From Harriotta raleighana (lineage: Eukaryota), in assembly GCA_050575255.1 (NCBI GenBank), contig JBNZDD010013727.1:9262527-9326526 (forward strand): 64,000 nt of DNA, written 5' to 3'. The stretch's first letter is position 1, and every line of letters starts with the position of its first letter. The notes beneath the pieces are model-generated. The model was not told the origin of the DNA. It saw only the letters and a program-made list of their open reading frames with translations, and searched no databases. Positions 52,181-64,000 of this stretch are shown here, piece after piece. The position numbers and the translations under genes are program-made.

Positions 52181-54342
52181 AATGCATACATAGTGGGACA
52201 TGCAGCATCTGGAAATGTAAACAATGAATATTATTGCAATAAAACAATGACAAAACAACAATAAAATTACATTTATAGAGCACCTTTCACATTGTGAGGA
52301 CGTCCCAAGGTGCTGGAATAAAAAAGTAGTATTGTCCAAATTGAGTTCACACTGTTGAATTCCTGAAGGATTTGGAAGAGACCACTTCTTGTAAAACAAA
52401 CTTTCTGAGCAAGTAAATAATATAAAGAAGTATATATAGAATTCAAGAAAAAAGTGGACCAATTCTGTACTTGTCATACAAGTGACAAATTGATTTCAAT
52501 ACTGATCAATGCATGGCAATGCATTTCAGGACTAAGTGTAAACCACCATCTCAATGTATTGTCATGGGGTAAACTGGATGAACTGGGAAAAGATTGAACT
52601 CTACATCTTGTTCAACCCTCGCTCCCGCTATGAACAAAGGTAAGACATATATTTGCAGAGATGGAGAAGGAAACAATGTTGGCTTACTCATTCCGATATA
52701 AAGCCTATTGAGAACAGTATTGAAGATATAGGGATAGGTGTAAACTGAGATGAACAAATAATGGATGGACACAGTGATTCCAGTGCTACACATGGGGTAG
52801 AATATTGAAATTAAATTGGGATAGTAAGGATTGATGAATGTGCTGGAGATTTTCCTTGATTATTTTACTTAAAGAAATAGAATGCCTGGTTGAAATTTGC
52901 AATAGAAAATGTTTGTATAAGTCTGTGGTCAAATGGTCTTTTCTCATTGCTTGATTTCATAAGGGTCAAAACATTGAGCAAATTTTCATGCTCCATTAAT
53001 TTTCACACATAAAAAATAGGGGACTAGTAGAATATGATCCAATGTACGAAGGTCCATAGATTTTTTGACCTTGATGAACCAGCCACATATATTCGTTTTA
53101 TTACTGTAATAGCAATACACTTTTATTTAAAAGGCATTAAATCAGTATTTTATAGACAGTATATTAAATAACAATAGAGTGAACATTTGGCCCTGCCAAC
53201 TGTTTCTATTAAATCCTGAGGTTAGAACAATAACTCATAATTGGCTACTTTTACAGTGTCATTTGTGTAAATGAATTCAACGTGCTATTATTTCACAAGC
53301 ATACAGGACAATTCTGATACCTTTTCTTCCGGGAAAGAGATAATATGGTTACTGTAAAAAATGAAACGCAGCATTACGATTTTGTACTAATTGCTTTGTT
53401 CTATATTAAAGATGAATAAACTGTGAAAAATAATTAAATATTAAGGCTTTAATTTGAAAATAGCAAGCATTGCCCAAATTGCTGAATAAAATGGAAAATA
53501 TTAAATTAAGGGATAATATCTATTTAAACAATTGGCCTGGCACATATTGTATTATTCAAAATAATATTAATAAAAAAACTCCAAAGAATGAATTTGTAAA
53601 ATCTAGAAATATTTTCACACTCACAGATATTGTGGCACATTGCAAAAACACTGACATCATCTTTACATACAATGCATGACTAATTACTAAATTCCTTCTT
53701 AATGGTCTGTTACCAAGTGATGGTCATTTCACAAATAAAATGGATAACAAGCTCCTCACTCTGGCAGCTGGAAAAATTTGTTCAATCTTCAAAATAATTC
53801 AACTACGAAATATGCAGTCACTCCACTTTATAGTAAATCCTAAGAAGCATAGATGTCCTCTCAACATGATATATCACTATATCCTCAACATGATATATCA
53901 CTATATCATGTTGAGAGTGTAAGAAATATTATTTGGGATTATGAGTCAATCAAATGTAACAAAGGTTAAATCAAACAAGCAATATATTCCACTTAATACT
54001 TTTTTTTGCAGTCTGATGCAAATTCTTCATGTTCTTCACTCTATATGAAAAGATATGTAAAATGTAAAGATACATGTACTACATATGCTTTCTTAATAAA
54101 GCATTTTTTTTTCCTGTAGACTTATGTCATTCACAACTATGGAAACATTTTCTTTACTTTTCTAATTTCTACAAAGTATGTTCCAATACAGTAATCTTAG
54201 TGACTTTACCCATTGTTATCAAACAAAGATCTTTGCAAAAATAGAAAGTGCTGGAATAGAATAATCTGATCATTGGGCAAAATCAGCAGATGCAAAAGGA
54301 GACAGAAGTTACTGTTCACTCTTGGTGTCATGTCAGGTAGCA

Positions 54343-54592
54343 GATCAGGGCGAAACCTTGGGCATGTTTCCTTACTCCACATGCCTAATAATAATCCCTC
54401 AAAAAAAACCACAATAATAAAATTGGTCATTTCAATCCATGACTGTTTGGGGGACACTGCTGTGCGCAATTGGTTGCCGCGTTCCTCCCACAAATATACA
54501 GTCAATTCACTTTACAGTATATTCTGTGAAACGCTTTGGGACGTCGATAAGATGTGAAAAGTGCTATATCAAATGCAAGGATTATTATTATT
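54343..54592 (+). mobile_element. Young SINE, 5'-truncated
   Basis: Nearly identical to the reverse complement of 17634-17893. Confidence 0.9.
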
Positions 54593-54824
54593 GACAGGCG
54601 TTCTTTTACTATCCTGTAAATAAACTCAACTTTGAGTGTTGGAGCTCAGGGGTTGAGCACCATATAACTTCACATTACACAGTACCAAGTCAATGTTGTT
54701 ATACAGTATTTCTAAATACATTTTATTCGTTAATTGTAATAAATAATTATATATAATCTGATAATTGGGCAAAATCAGCAGATGCTCTATACACATATAA
54801 TATGTTATATATTACAAATATTAT

Positions 54825-55105
54825 ACAGCACCTTATTATTTCTTTGAGCCATCTCAAAGCGCTTCACAGGGTATACCATAAAGTGAATTGACTGGCATGA
54901 AAGGCCATTGTAGTTTGTTGTTGTTGCATATTTGTGGGCAAAATCTGGCAACAGTGTCACATAAACTGTCGTAGATTGAGTGACCAAATTATTATTATTT
55001 GGTATATTTATTTTTGATTTAAAGGGATTATTACCTCCGGAAAAGCGATCCGCCAAGCGACTAACAATTGGGTTCCTATTTACTGCTAGGTAAACAAGGC
55101 ATGTG
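54825..55105 (-). mobile_element. Young SINE long variant, body only
   Basis: Minus strand cacatgccttgtttacctagcagtaaataggaacccaattgttagtcgcttggcggatcgcttttccggaggtaataatccc. Confidence 0.75.
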
Positions 55106-55109
55106 AAGT

Positions 55110-55395
55110 AATGATAATAATCCTTTGCATTTGATATAGTACTTTTCACATCTTCTAGACATCTCAAAATGCTTCACAGAATATGCTGTAAAGTGAATTG
55201 ACTATATGTAGGCAACATGTGACAGCCAATTTTGCACAGCAGTCTCCTACAAATAGTCGTGGATTGAAATGTCCAATTTATTATGTTTTTTTCTTGAGCG
55301 ATTATTATCAGGCATGTGGAGTAAGGAAACTTGCCCACTGTTTCGCCCTCCTTGGAATTGAACCCTGCTCTCTCGCTTGCAAGGCGATTGTTCTA
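55110..55395 (-). mobile_element. Full-length young SINE
   Basis: Head carries an anticodon-like arm tcgc-CTTGCAA-gcga, B box ggttcaattcc and an (ATT) tail. Confidence 0.88.
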
Positions 55396-55539
55396 ACCAC
55401 TAAACTTTAGGACTACAGTGTTGCCAGCAACGCAAAGTACAGTATTTGTCGTTTATGATTCTTGTTTTGAAATCATCCCTATTGAATGCTTCCCTACCAA
55501 ATATGAACAACATTAAATCAAGACTAAGTTATTTTTTAT

Positions 55540-55710
55540 GAGCTGGATGTCTGACACATGTGGAATCCCATCAACATGCTTAAGAGTATCGAAATCAAAC
55601 CAATTTCCATGCATCCCACCACATGAAAATTCCAGTGTATTGGAATGGCAGGATTACTCTCTCCCTGGAGGGGCACATCCTACTTACCTAATCCAGAAGA
55701 ATTAAGTGCA
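55540..55710. repeat. Unclassified dispersed repeat, copy 2
   Basis: Aligns by eye to 37113-37298. Confidence 0.7.
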
Positions 55711-58460
55711 ATGATGTTGCAATTTGCTTTTCTAGAAGGGATGATTTATAAAGATTTGGATGAATTAAAAAATATATAATTTTTACTTAGTTACAATTGG
55801 CTTGGTAATTGTGTCTCAGAACTATAGTATCTCTTTTCAAAATGTACAGCGTTCAATTTAAAATTAATCAAAAACATAGTAGTGAATAAAACAGTTTCCC
55901 CAGTGTCTTAAACTACTAAGAACAGCAACATGTAAAACTGCCGCATGTCAGCATTACTTCCAAGTACTATATCAGGAATCATGTCAATGAATTGTACGGG
56001 ATGCCCGGGTATCAACAAAGGAACAATCAACATCAAACATAGATGGTAAGAAACAATCTCACTGCACCAAACAGAGCCATCCAACTATTGCCACATGTAG
56101 AGGACACTGATTATAAGGGACATCATCCCTATTACATATTACTCTTCAGAATTAGTCTTCTCACACATTGATACATGCTTTACATCCCTCCAGCACTGTC
56201 CAATAGACTTTCAGATTTTAGAGGAGCCTGTATAAACCCACTGTGGGAAGGCGCTGTTTCCAAAGGTCAGCAAAGATCTCCGCTATTTCTATGAGTTGTC
56301 CTTAGGTTGGGACCCACATCAGGAGCTGGGGCGGTGTGGAAAATGGCATTTTCTCGGCTTTCCACTCTGTCAGCTGGCTATGTGACCCCAATCTGCTTTG
56401 CGTAATTGAATGTCGCGTTTCGGCCACAAAATACCATACTCAGTTATTCCACTTTACTGAATATCCTGTGAGGTGCTTTGCGAAGTGATAAGGCGCTATA
56501 TCAAATGCAAAGATTATCGTTAATTGTTTATTGCTCATGCTCCTTGCTGCTGGAAAGCTTCTGAATCTGCAGTCACACCACCTACTCTCTGATCACACCT
56601 TCTGTGGAACTGGACCACATGAACACGACAAGATTTTGTTAAGATAGAAAAGTATCAAATTGAATCAGTTAAGAAACATTGGAATTTTTAACAGCCACCT
56701 TAATAGATTCAACGTTATCCAAATTAATCTGTTTCAAAACAACAAATGTTAGAAGAAACATGAAAGCTTATTTTTTTTAAAATTTGGTTTCAATGTGCGA
56801 TATTTACTACAGCTAACAAACTAAATGGCATCTGTATTTATTAATCCTTGCTTAGATTCGTAGTATCAGAAGCATTACTCTTTCATTATACCTTGCCCTA
56901 TAGCTTATCATGTGCGATCTTACTTAAAGAGGCTGCATTTGATCACTTGTGCCCTTCAGGCCCTGAGAAAGGAAATAGCAGCTGCATTGTGTTAATGGTT
57001 GTGGGCAGACAGACTGGTGTGCTACACTTCCTGTCTATCACTGAACCCATCCTCCTCTCCCAGACAAATACCACATCTGAAAGTCAGCAAAGTGGCTTCC
57101 AGCTCAGACTGTCTCAGTTCACAGTGACTGTGACTTTAAAGCTGAACCTCAATTAATCATTAGTGTGAGTTTGAGGTAGGATAAAAGACTAAAATGATCA
57201 GATGAGGTCATGGCACACACCTACATGATCGAGTGGGCTGAATGGCCTTATCACTTTCCAACATTCAATGTTCTTATCACTGCTTTAATCTGTTGCTAAT
57301 TAATTCACACGCAAAAGGCTGGCTGCTAACTATCTGTGCAGAGAAAGTAACAAGTGTAAGCGAATGATGCGTTTTCTACATGTGTGAGTGATCATATTTA
57401 ACACGATTGAATTGCAGTATCAGAGGGAACAGGATACACATTGCAATTATTATAATTTACATTTTTCAGCTTCACGGTATTTTAACCCTGGAGGTTCTAG
57501 AATCTTGTTTTTGAAACTCTGCCACCTCAAAAACAAATCTCTCATCTTAATGTCAGTGTGTGATTGTGATGTATGGGTTACACTGATTCCCAGCCTAAGA
57601 TACAAGCAAAGGTGTCTTTAACTTCAGATTGTTTATCTAACCAAAACAGCACTTTCCCATGTGTAAATTAGCTGCTGTGTTCACTCACAAAATGTACACA
57701 GTCACATCACTTTTTCAGTTTCACAGTGATTTTAGATGTCCCGTGAGGTTCTTTGAGACATCTTTCAGACATCTGGATGATGTGCTAAGACACTGTATCA
57801 AATCCAAATATTATTCATAATTTGTGGAGCTCTGATAAACTGAAGATTTTAATTTTTTATTTTTTAAACTAGCATTAATGCAGTGTCTATTTTCAACAAT
57901 TACTAACTGAACCAACCCATATGTTGCTAATGGGATGAAAATCACAACGTATGATATTTTATTACTGTTGATAATTTTCAAAATGCTGATAAATGTGACC
58001 AAGACTGCTGACAACTAATGACTAACCACAAGTATGACCCTATGGTGGTTCTGAGATATCAACCAGCAGTATCAACTCAATTCTTCTTTGTATGTCATCA
58101 AATCACATCTGAAGACTAAATCTATGGAGATCATACAATAGAAATTTATGTTTTTTCTCGGATTTATCTCCAAAAATTCTATGGTAGATTTATAGTAGCC
58201 AGTAACTTTACCTTTTCTAGATATGTTCCCCACACAACCCACTTCCTGCACCAGAGAGAAGAGAGAATTCAACTGGTCGCAATACTCCTGTTTAATATCA
58301 GCAAGGGAAAAGTGATCCACAAGGTTTTGTGGTCAAAGGAACAGACAAGAAGTCCTGTTGAATTCTTTGCTGTATATCATATACCTGACCAATACTTCTT
58401 CTCAGAGCTGTTTTCTATTAATTAATTGTTAATTATGTGAGCCATCTAAAAATTTTAACT

Positions 58461-58716
58461 AAAATAGAAGTTGCTGGGAAAACTCAGGCATCATCTATGG
58501 AGAAAGGAAAGTGAATCAACGTTTCGGGTCCACGACCCTTCGTGGGGGTCAAAGACACAGTCACTGTCAGATCCAGGGGGTTTTGTGGTCAAAGGTAGTG
58601 GACCCGAAACATTGACTCACTTTCCTTTTCCATAGATGCTGCCTAGCCTGCTGGGTTTTCCCAGCAGCTTCTGTTTTTGTTTTAGATTTCCAGCATCTGC
58701 AGTATTTTGTGTTTTG
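58461..58716. mobile_element. Inverted pair of Penelope terminal repeats (fold-back mini-element), each arm with a partial hammerhead
   Basis: 58461-58542 is approximately the reverse complement of 58591-58678; the right arm continues to agatttccagcatctgcagtattttg. Confidence 0.82.
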
Positions 58717-59553
58717 TCAAAGTTGTAACTAACTGAGGCAAAATCTAAGACAGAATAGTTTAGGTATTCAATTTAAAGTATACCACAACAACAACAACAT
58801 TTTATTTCTAGAGTGCCTTCCACATCGGAAGGCCATCCATACTAAAAAATGCTACAGACTTTAGTTTTTTTCGATAAGATTATATTCCAACAAGAATTGC
58901 TTTCTATTAAGGAGCACAATCTCCATTAAAGGTGTTTGTTGAACTTCTTTTTCTAAAGTTACCACAAGATTAAGGCAATCATGCTAAAAGACATTCTACC
59001 ACTTACACCTGATTTCTTTATAACAAAGCAAGTTTCTTTGTCACAAAAAGGTACCTCAAACATTGTTTCATAAAAACTATTCCTTCAAGAGAAAAATATG
59101 TCGTTTACAGGTTTATAGCAAATCTCTAAATAGAACAAAATACGATGGAAGCCAGGTGAGAGCCATTGCAAACAGGGTAACACAGTAAAACCAATATTGA
59201 TGGGAGAAGCCCTAAATCCAATAAGATTTACTGGTCAATTCCAGACAGGTGGCTTTGTGACTCATAAAATATAATTCTGCAGGAAAGATAATTAACATGA
59301 GAGATCTGAATAAACTGAAAAGAATTGTCATTTTATTTGAATAAAAACAGTTACACACATCTTTACTTCAAAAGAGCTTGTTAAATTTTGAATGCTGCTG
59401 TTATACTACTACAATTTTTCATAAATTATGTTTAAACAGCACTTAACCTGAACTATTAAAAATACCGGAACTTCATACAGCTGAATATCAAAGCCCTTGA
59501 CTAATGCTTAAGAAGTTTAGAAAATAATAACATTAATCTTTGCATTTGATATA

Positions 59554-59642
59554 CAGTAAAACCAGCATGGTTGGGCCCACTCACCTCCCAGATTTTAGAG
59601 TTTGCTGGTGTTGTAGAAACCTACCTTGTAATGGCTGGGGAT
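59554..59642 (+). mobile_element. Tigger-like DNA transposon left end
   Basis: TA|CAGTAAAACC..ggttgggcccactcacctcccagattttagagtttgctgg. Confidence 0.6.
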
Positions 59643-60040
59643 GCCCCATTCCATACGCCACATGTGCTGTAACACAGCACTGAAGTTAAAAAATTCTCAT
59701 GCTCCAACCACAGCCCCGGATGACAGACTGGCCAAGATGGGAACTACAAGCAGCTATTCCGAACTTTGGGAGATTTGCCGACATCTGTATGTATTTTGAA
59801 ATCTTGTCCGTTTTAGGTAACAGTTATCTTCAGGTAACAGTTGAAGATCTTCCTCTTCAACTATGCCTCCAGTCATGTTCCCCCTCCCCCTGACTCAGCA
59901 TCAGCTTTCCCACTGTTAAGCACTCTGAAAAGCCATCCGGCATGAAGGGCGCTATGTAAATGCAACATGTTGTTAATTAATTGAAGAGAGTACTATCCCT
60001 TGAAAGCAATCCACCATTCTTTTAACAACCAGGATCCTAN

Positions 60041-62140
60041 GGTGGCATGGCCCTCATCTCTAGGGAGCCACTTGCCCTATCCTCCTACTCTGATTCCTTC
60101 CCCTCCTTTGAATACCTCAACCTCTCCTACACCTCCCATCTCTCTCTCAAAATCCTCCTTGTTTACTGTCCCCCAAAACCCTCCCCAACCTTCACCTCTG
60201 ACCTCTCCACTCTCCTTTCCTACCTATGCGCCTCCTCTGATCGCCTCATCATCCTCGGTGACTTCAACCTCCACTTCACCCTCTCCTGCTCCACCTCCTC
60301 AGAATTCTCCTCTCTCCTCTCGTCTCTCAACCTCTCCCTCCATATCCACTCCGCCACCCACATTCACGGCCACCCCCTCGACCTAGTGATCACCCGAGGC
60401 CTCAATGTCTCGGATATCACCATCTCCGACAAGGCCATCTCCGACTACCACTTCATTTATTTCAACTCCTCTTCCCTCCACCCCCAAACCTACCACCATC
60501 TTCTACCACCCATGGAAGAAGATCCCCCCACAAACTCTCTCCGCTGCCTTGGAGTCCTCTGAACTTCTCTCTCTCTGGCCCACCTCCTGCACTGACCTAT
60601 CGTCTGCACTCACTCTACTCCACAACACACTCTCCACCACATTTGACACTCTTGCCCCCCTCACTTCCTGAACTGCCTCCTACTCCTGAACCTCACCCTG
60701 GTTCACCAAGCCACCTCCATTCCCTCAAGGGCCAGGTGCAGGCCACTGAATGCACCTGGCTTAAATCCGGCCTAACGGTCCACCGGCATATCTGGCTGGA
60801 CCTCACATCATTTTACCGCTCCGCCCTATCCTCCACTAAATCGTCCTTCTACGCCAAGATAATCCTGGAGGTGAAGGACAACCCCCGGCTTCTCTTCTCA
60901 CCACCAATCAGTTCCTCTGTCCACCCTGCCTTGCCTCGCGGATCCTTTCCTCGAACTCCTGCTGCGAGGAAATGCTGGATTTCCAAAATCGAAGGAATCT
61001 GCTCTGCTGTCACTGTCCCTCCAACTTCCACTCCCTCCCCACCTCCCGCCCACACCCTGTCTCCTACACATCCTCCTTCCACACCTTCAATCCTATCTCC
61101 CCATCCTCCGTCAAAAAAACCATCTCTGCGATGAAGCCTGCTCCCTTGACCCCATCCCCACCCCGTTCCTCACCATCCAGCTCCACTAATCTCTGACACC
61201 TGTCCCTCTCATCTGGCACTGTTCCCAATTCCTTCAAAACAGCCACTATCACTCCCATCCTAAAAAAAAACCTTCCCTCGATTCGTCGCAGCTACAAGCT
61301 ACTAGCCCATCTCCAACCTCCCCTTCCTCTCCAAGGTCCTGGAAAGAGTAGTTGCCTCCCAGCTCCACTCTTTCCTCTCAAGATACTCACTCCTTGAACA
61401 CCTCCAATCAGGTTTCCGCACTTCTCACAGCACGGAAATTGCTCTGGTCAAGGTCACCAATAACATCTTAACTATCTGTGACCAGGGCTGCCTCAGCCTC
61501 CTCATCCTCCTCGACCTATCCGCTGCCTTCGTCACCGTCGCCCACACAATCCTCCTCCACCGCCTCTCCTCCCTCCTCAACCTTCAAGGCTCTGTCCTTG
61601 ACTGGTTCCAGTCATATCTCCCAACACTTTGTATCTTCCAACGGCTTTTCCTCCAGCCCCCGCACAGTCACATGTGGCGTTCCCCAAGTCTCTGTCCTTG
61701 GCCCTCTGAGCTTCACCCTCGATATGCTCCCCCCGGGCAACATCATCCGCAGAGATGGGGTAAATTTCCACATGTATGCGGATGACATCCAACTCTACCT
61801 TTCCTCCTCCTCTCTCGACTCCAGGACTACTGGCACGTCCACCGCCCTAACCGCCCAACCATCGGTGGCCGGGATTTTAGCTTCTCTGCCCCCACACTAT
61901 GGAACTCCATCCCACAGTCCCTCTGCCTTGCTTCCTCCCTTTCCTCCTTCAAGGCCAGTCTTAAGACTTTCCTCTTCGACTCCCCCCCCCCCTAACTCTT
62001 CCCCTTCTCCCACTCTCCTTCACCCTCCCCCTACCCCCGACCCTATCCCCCTGCTCAGGTCCCGATCTGATTGTTCAGCGCTTTGGGACGTCCTCCTGAT
62101 GTGAAAGGTGCTATACAAGTGTAATTTTATTGTTGTTGAT
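60041..62140 (+). mobile_element. L2 LINE ORF2 pseudogene (APE endonuclease + RT) plus 3' end
   Basis: Endonuclease motifs LIILGDFNLH, THIHGHPLDLVITRGL and ISDYH; RT motifs [46 protein letters not shown] and YADDIQLY; tail gggacgtcctcctgatgtgaaaggtgctata..(TTG)n; multiple frameshifts. Confidence 0.96.
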
Positions 62141-63529
62141 GTAAAGTGGCAATTCTTCAACAAAAATCCTTATCAGATCCCAAGTAATGTGTCGTGGCAT
62201 CAAATGATAAAGAAAAAAAAAGGATTCAGGTGTAAATGAGGAATTCTTCATTAACTGTGCACCAAGAGAAACATTTTATTATTTAAGATAGTTTAAAAAA
62301 TATATTCAAGTTCTTATTTATTTTTATTTATTTTTATTATTTATTTTTCAGCCCTTTAACTGATAACTTAATTATTTCACAGCTGCATGCAAGTTTGATA
62401 TAACTGCAAATATTTTATTTAAACATTAGTCATTTTACATTTCACAGTAGTTTATAGGTGACATCTTGAAAAATATTAAATGAAGTGTGAAGAGTTCCCG
62501 TGGTTGCTAATTTTATTCAGAATGGGATTTAAAAGATGGCAATTTCAAATGGGGTACACTAATAAGACTAATAAGCAAATGGGGAATCTGAAGTATGTCA
62601 CACATCCCTGAGAGAACTGCACTCTGACATGATCTACCTTCAGTGTGGAACTCCTATGAACATGGTTATTAGAAGCTATTTTCATTTGGAATTTTGAGTC
62701 TTTATTATGGTATCCTGTAAATAAGTGTAAAACACAGGGAAATTAGGGGAAATTGATCTTAATGGACAACCGTGGTTTGCACACCTCCCAGTTTTCTTGC
62801 CCTCCATGAGGTGCATAAGATTAGTATGCAAAGATGGAGAGAATATAATAATTTAACTGATTAAGGTAAAGAGAAAGCAAAATCACTCAGTTGAGTAAGT
62901 GCATCAGAAATGGGTCTAGGAACCAGTGTTAAGAAATGTTACGAAAAGTAAAAGTAAAAGGTGCAAAGTATCCATAGCAAAAACCAAAGCGAATCTTACA
63001 AGTAAGCTTTGTGCTTAAAATCATGGAAGTAGAGCAATGTAAATGAGGAAAATGAGTGGTCAATTTATTCTCTCTATATTTATGTAAATCAAAGTCACCA
63101 CAAATGTAAATTTATTGTGCTCAGTTCTTGTTTTCCACAATCTCCATCACGTCTCTATGGAGTAACCTTTATTGCTGCAATGTGCACATTTCCTGCTTAT
63201 TAATATTCAGCTCCTTGGTTTCATTTAATACATTCGCCATTCTATTCACATTCAGAATAACTACAGAAACACGAATCCGCAAGTATAAAGTGTTGGAAGT
63301 TTGAACTCTGGGGAGTTTGTCAAAGACCCTGATTGCAGAATGTACCAGATGTCCAACTAAAATGCTGCAACATTTATATTTATGTCACCCATGGTAACAG
63401 CTGGCTCTCAGCTAGAATGGTCTCACCTCACTCCACACAGACATTTTCTGTCCATGTGGACACTTGTAAAATATATGGAGATACGGTTATTATTTTGTGT
63501 TATGACTCCATAAGATAATTCATTTTGGT

Positions 63530-63790
63530 CATCTAGGCATCATGCACATACAGAGACCTATCACCATGCTTAAGAGTCTCCAAACCATTGAAACATTTGT
63601 CACACACTCTCCCCAATAGGACACATGCTAATCCTGGTGTGTTGAGGCATAGGAGCGAAAGTTTGTGGACCCTGAGGTGTGCAATGGACGCCTACTGGAG
63701 TTTAACGTACTAAAATACACACAAGCATTCCATTGCTTGTCCAGTTTTGACCATCCTACCTGCTGGGCTTTGACCTTCAAGGCTGATAGT
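63530..63790. repeat. Unclassified dispersed repeat, copy 3
   Basis: catgcttaagagtctccaaac and caagcattccattgcttgtccag..gaccatcctacc..gggctttg align with 37150-37460. Confidence 0.55.
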
Positions 63791-64000
63791 AACTAAATAG
63801 AAACCATCCCACTCTACTGTGACTGGTTTGCCCCTCCAAGTGCTTTTATTGGTCCATGCTGGCTTGTCTGTCATTAACAGTGGTTTGGAGTATAGCAGCC
63901 CTACTTATCGTAAGAACTGGACTGCAGAGACTGTCACAAAGATACAGCAGAATTTCAACCTTCCAATGCTAGGTGTGTCACCTTAGGTCTGAAGATGAGA

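Noticed and set aside
58072-58320. 82-aa minus-strand ORF
   Set aside because: No recognisable domain or splice support; the length is compatible with chance
60047-62104. Functional endonuclease/RT gene
   Set aside because: Multiple frameshifts and stops, and the RT C-terminal region is missing
1-64000. CRISPR arrays, operons or prokaryotic defence systems
   Set aside because: The sequence is vertebrate retroelement-rich DNA with no regularly spaced repeat-spacer array and no gene-dense ORFs

Overview
Eukaryotic, AT-rich, repeat-dense non-coding DNA from a cartilaginous fish, probably a chimaera/elephant-shark-like holocephalan; this is inferred from the repeat families present. I found no convincing host protein-coding gene, rRNA or true tRNA. 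The ORF track is almost entirely retroelement debris or chance ORFs. The window holds many L2 LINE fragments (the largest, 60041-62140, has endonuclease and RT motifs), CR1 LINE 3' ends, an old Deu-domain SINE, a younger tRNA-Ala-derived SINE sharing its tail with L2, Tc1/mariner-pogo-type MITEs, and an unclassified dispersed repeat. The most interesting signal is a Penelope-like retroelement family: one copy has a GIY-YIG C-terminus at about 17.1 kb, and its terminal repeat carries a minimal hammerhead-ribozyme motif seen in at least 6 copies. Stem II of that motif shows a compensatory base change between copies, and one pair forms a fold-back mini-element at 58.46-58.72 kb. Nine of the ten single-'n' positions join near-identical direct duplications, most likely assembly or haplotype overlaps. 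Repeat boundaries were judged by eye and are approximate (about +/-20 bp).
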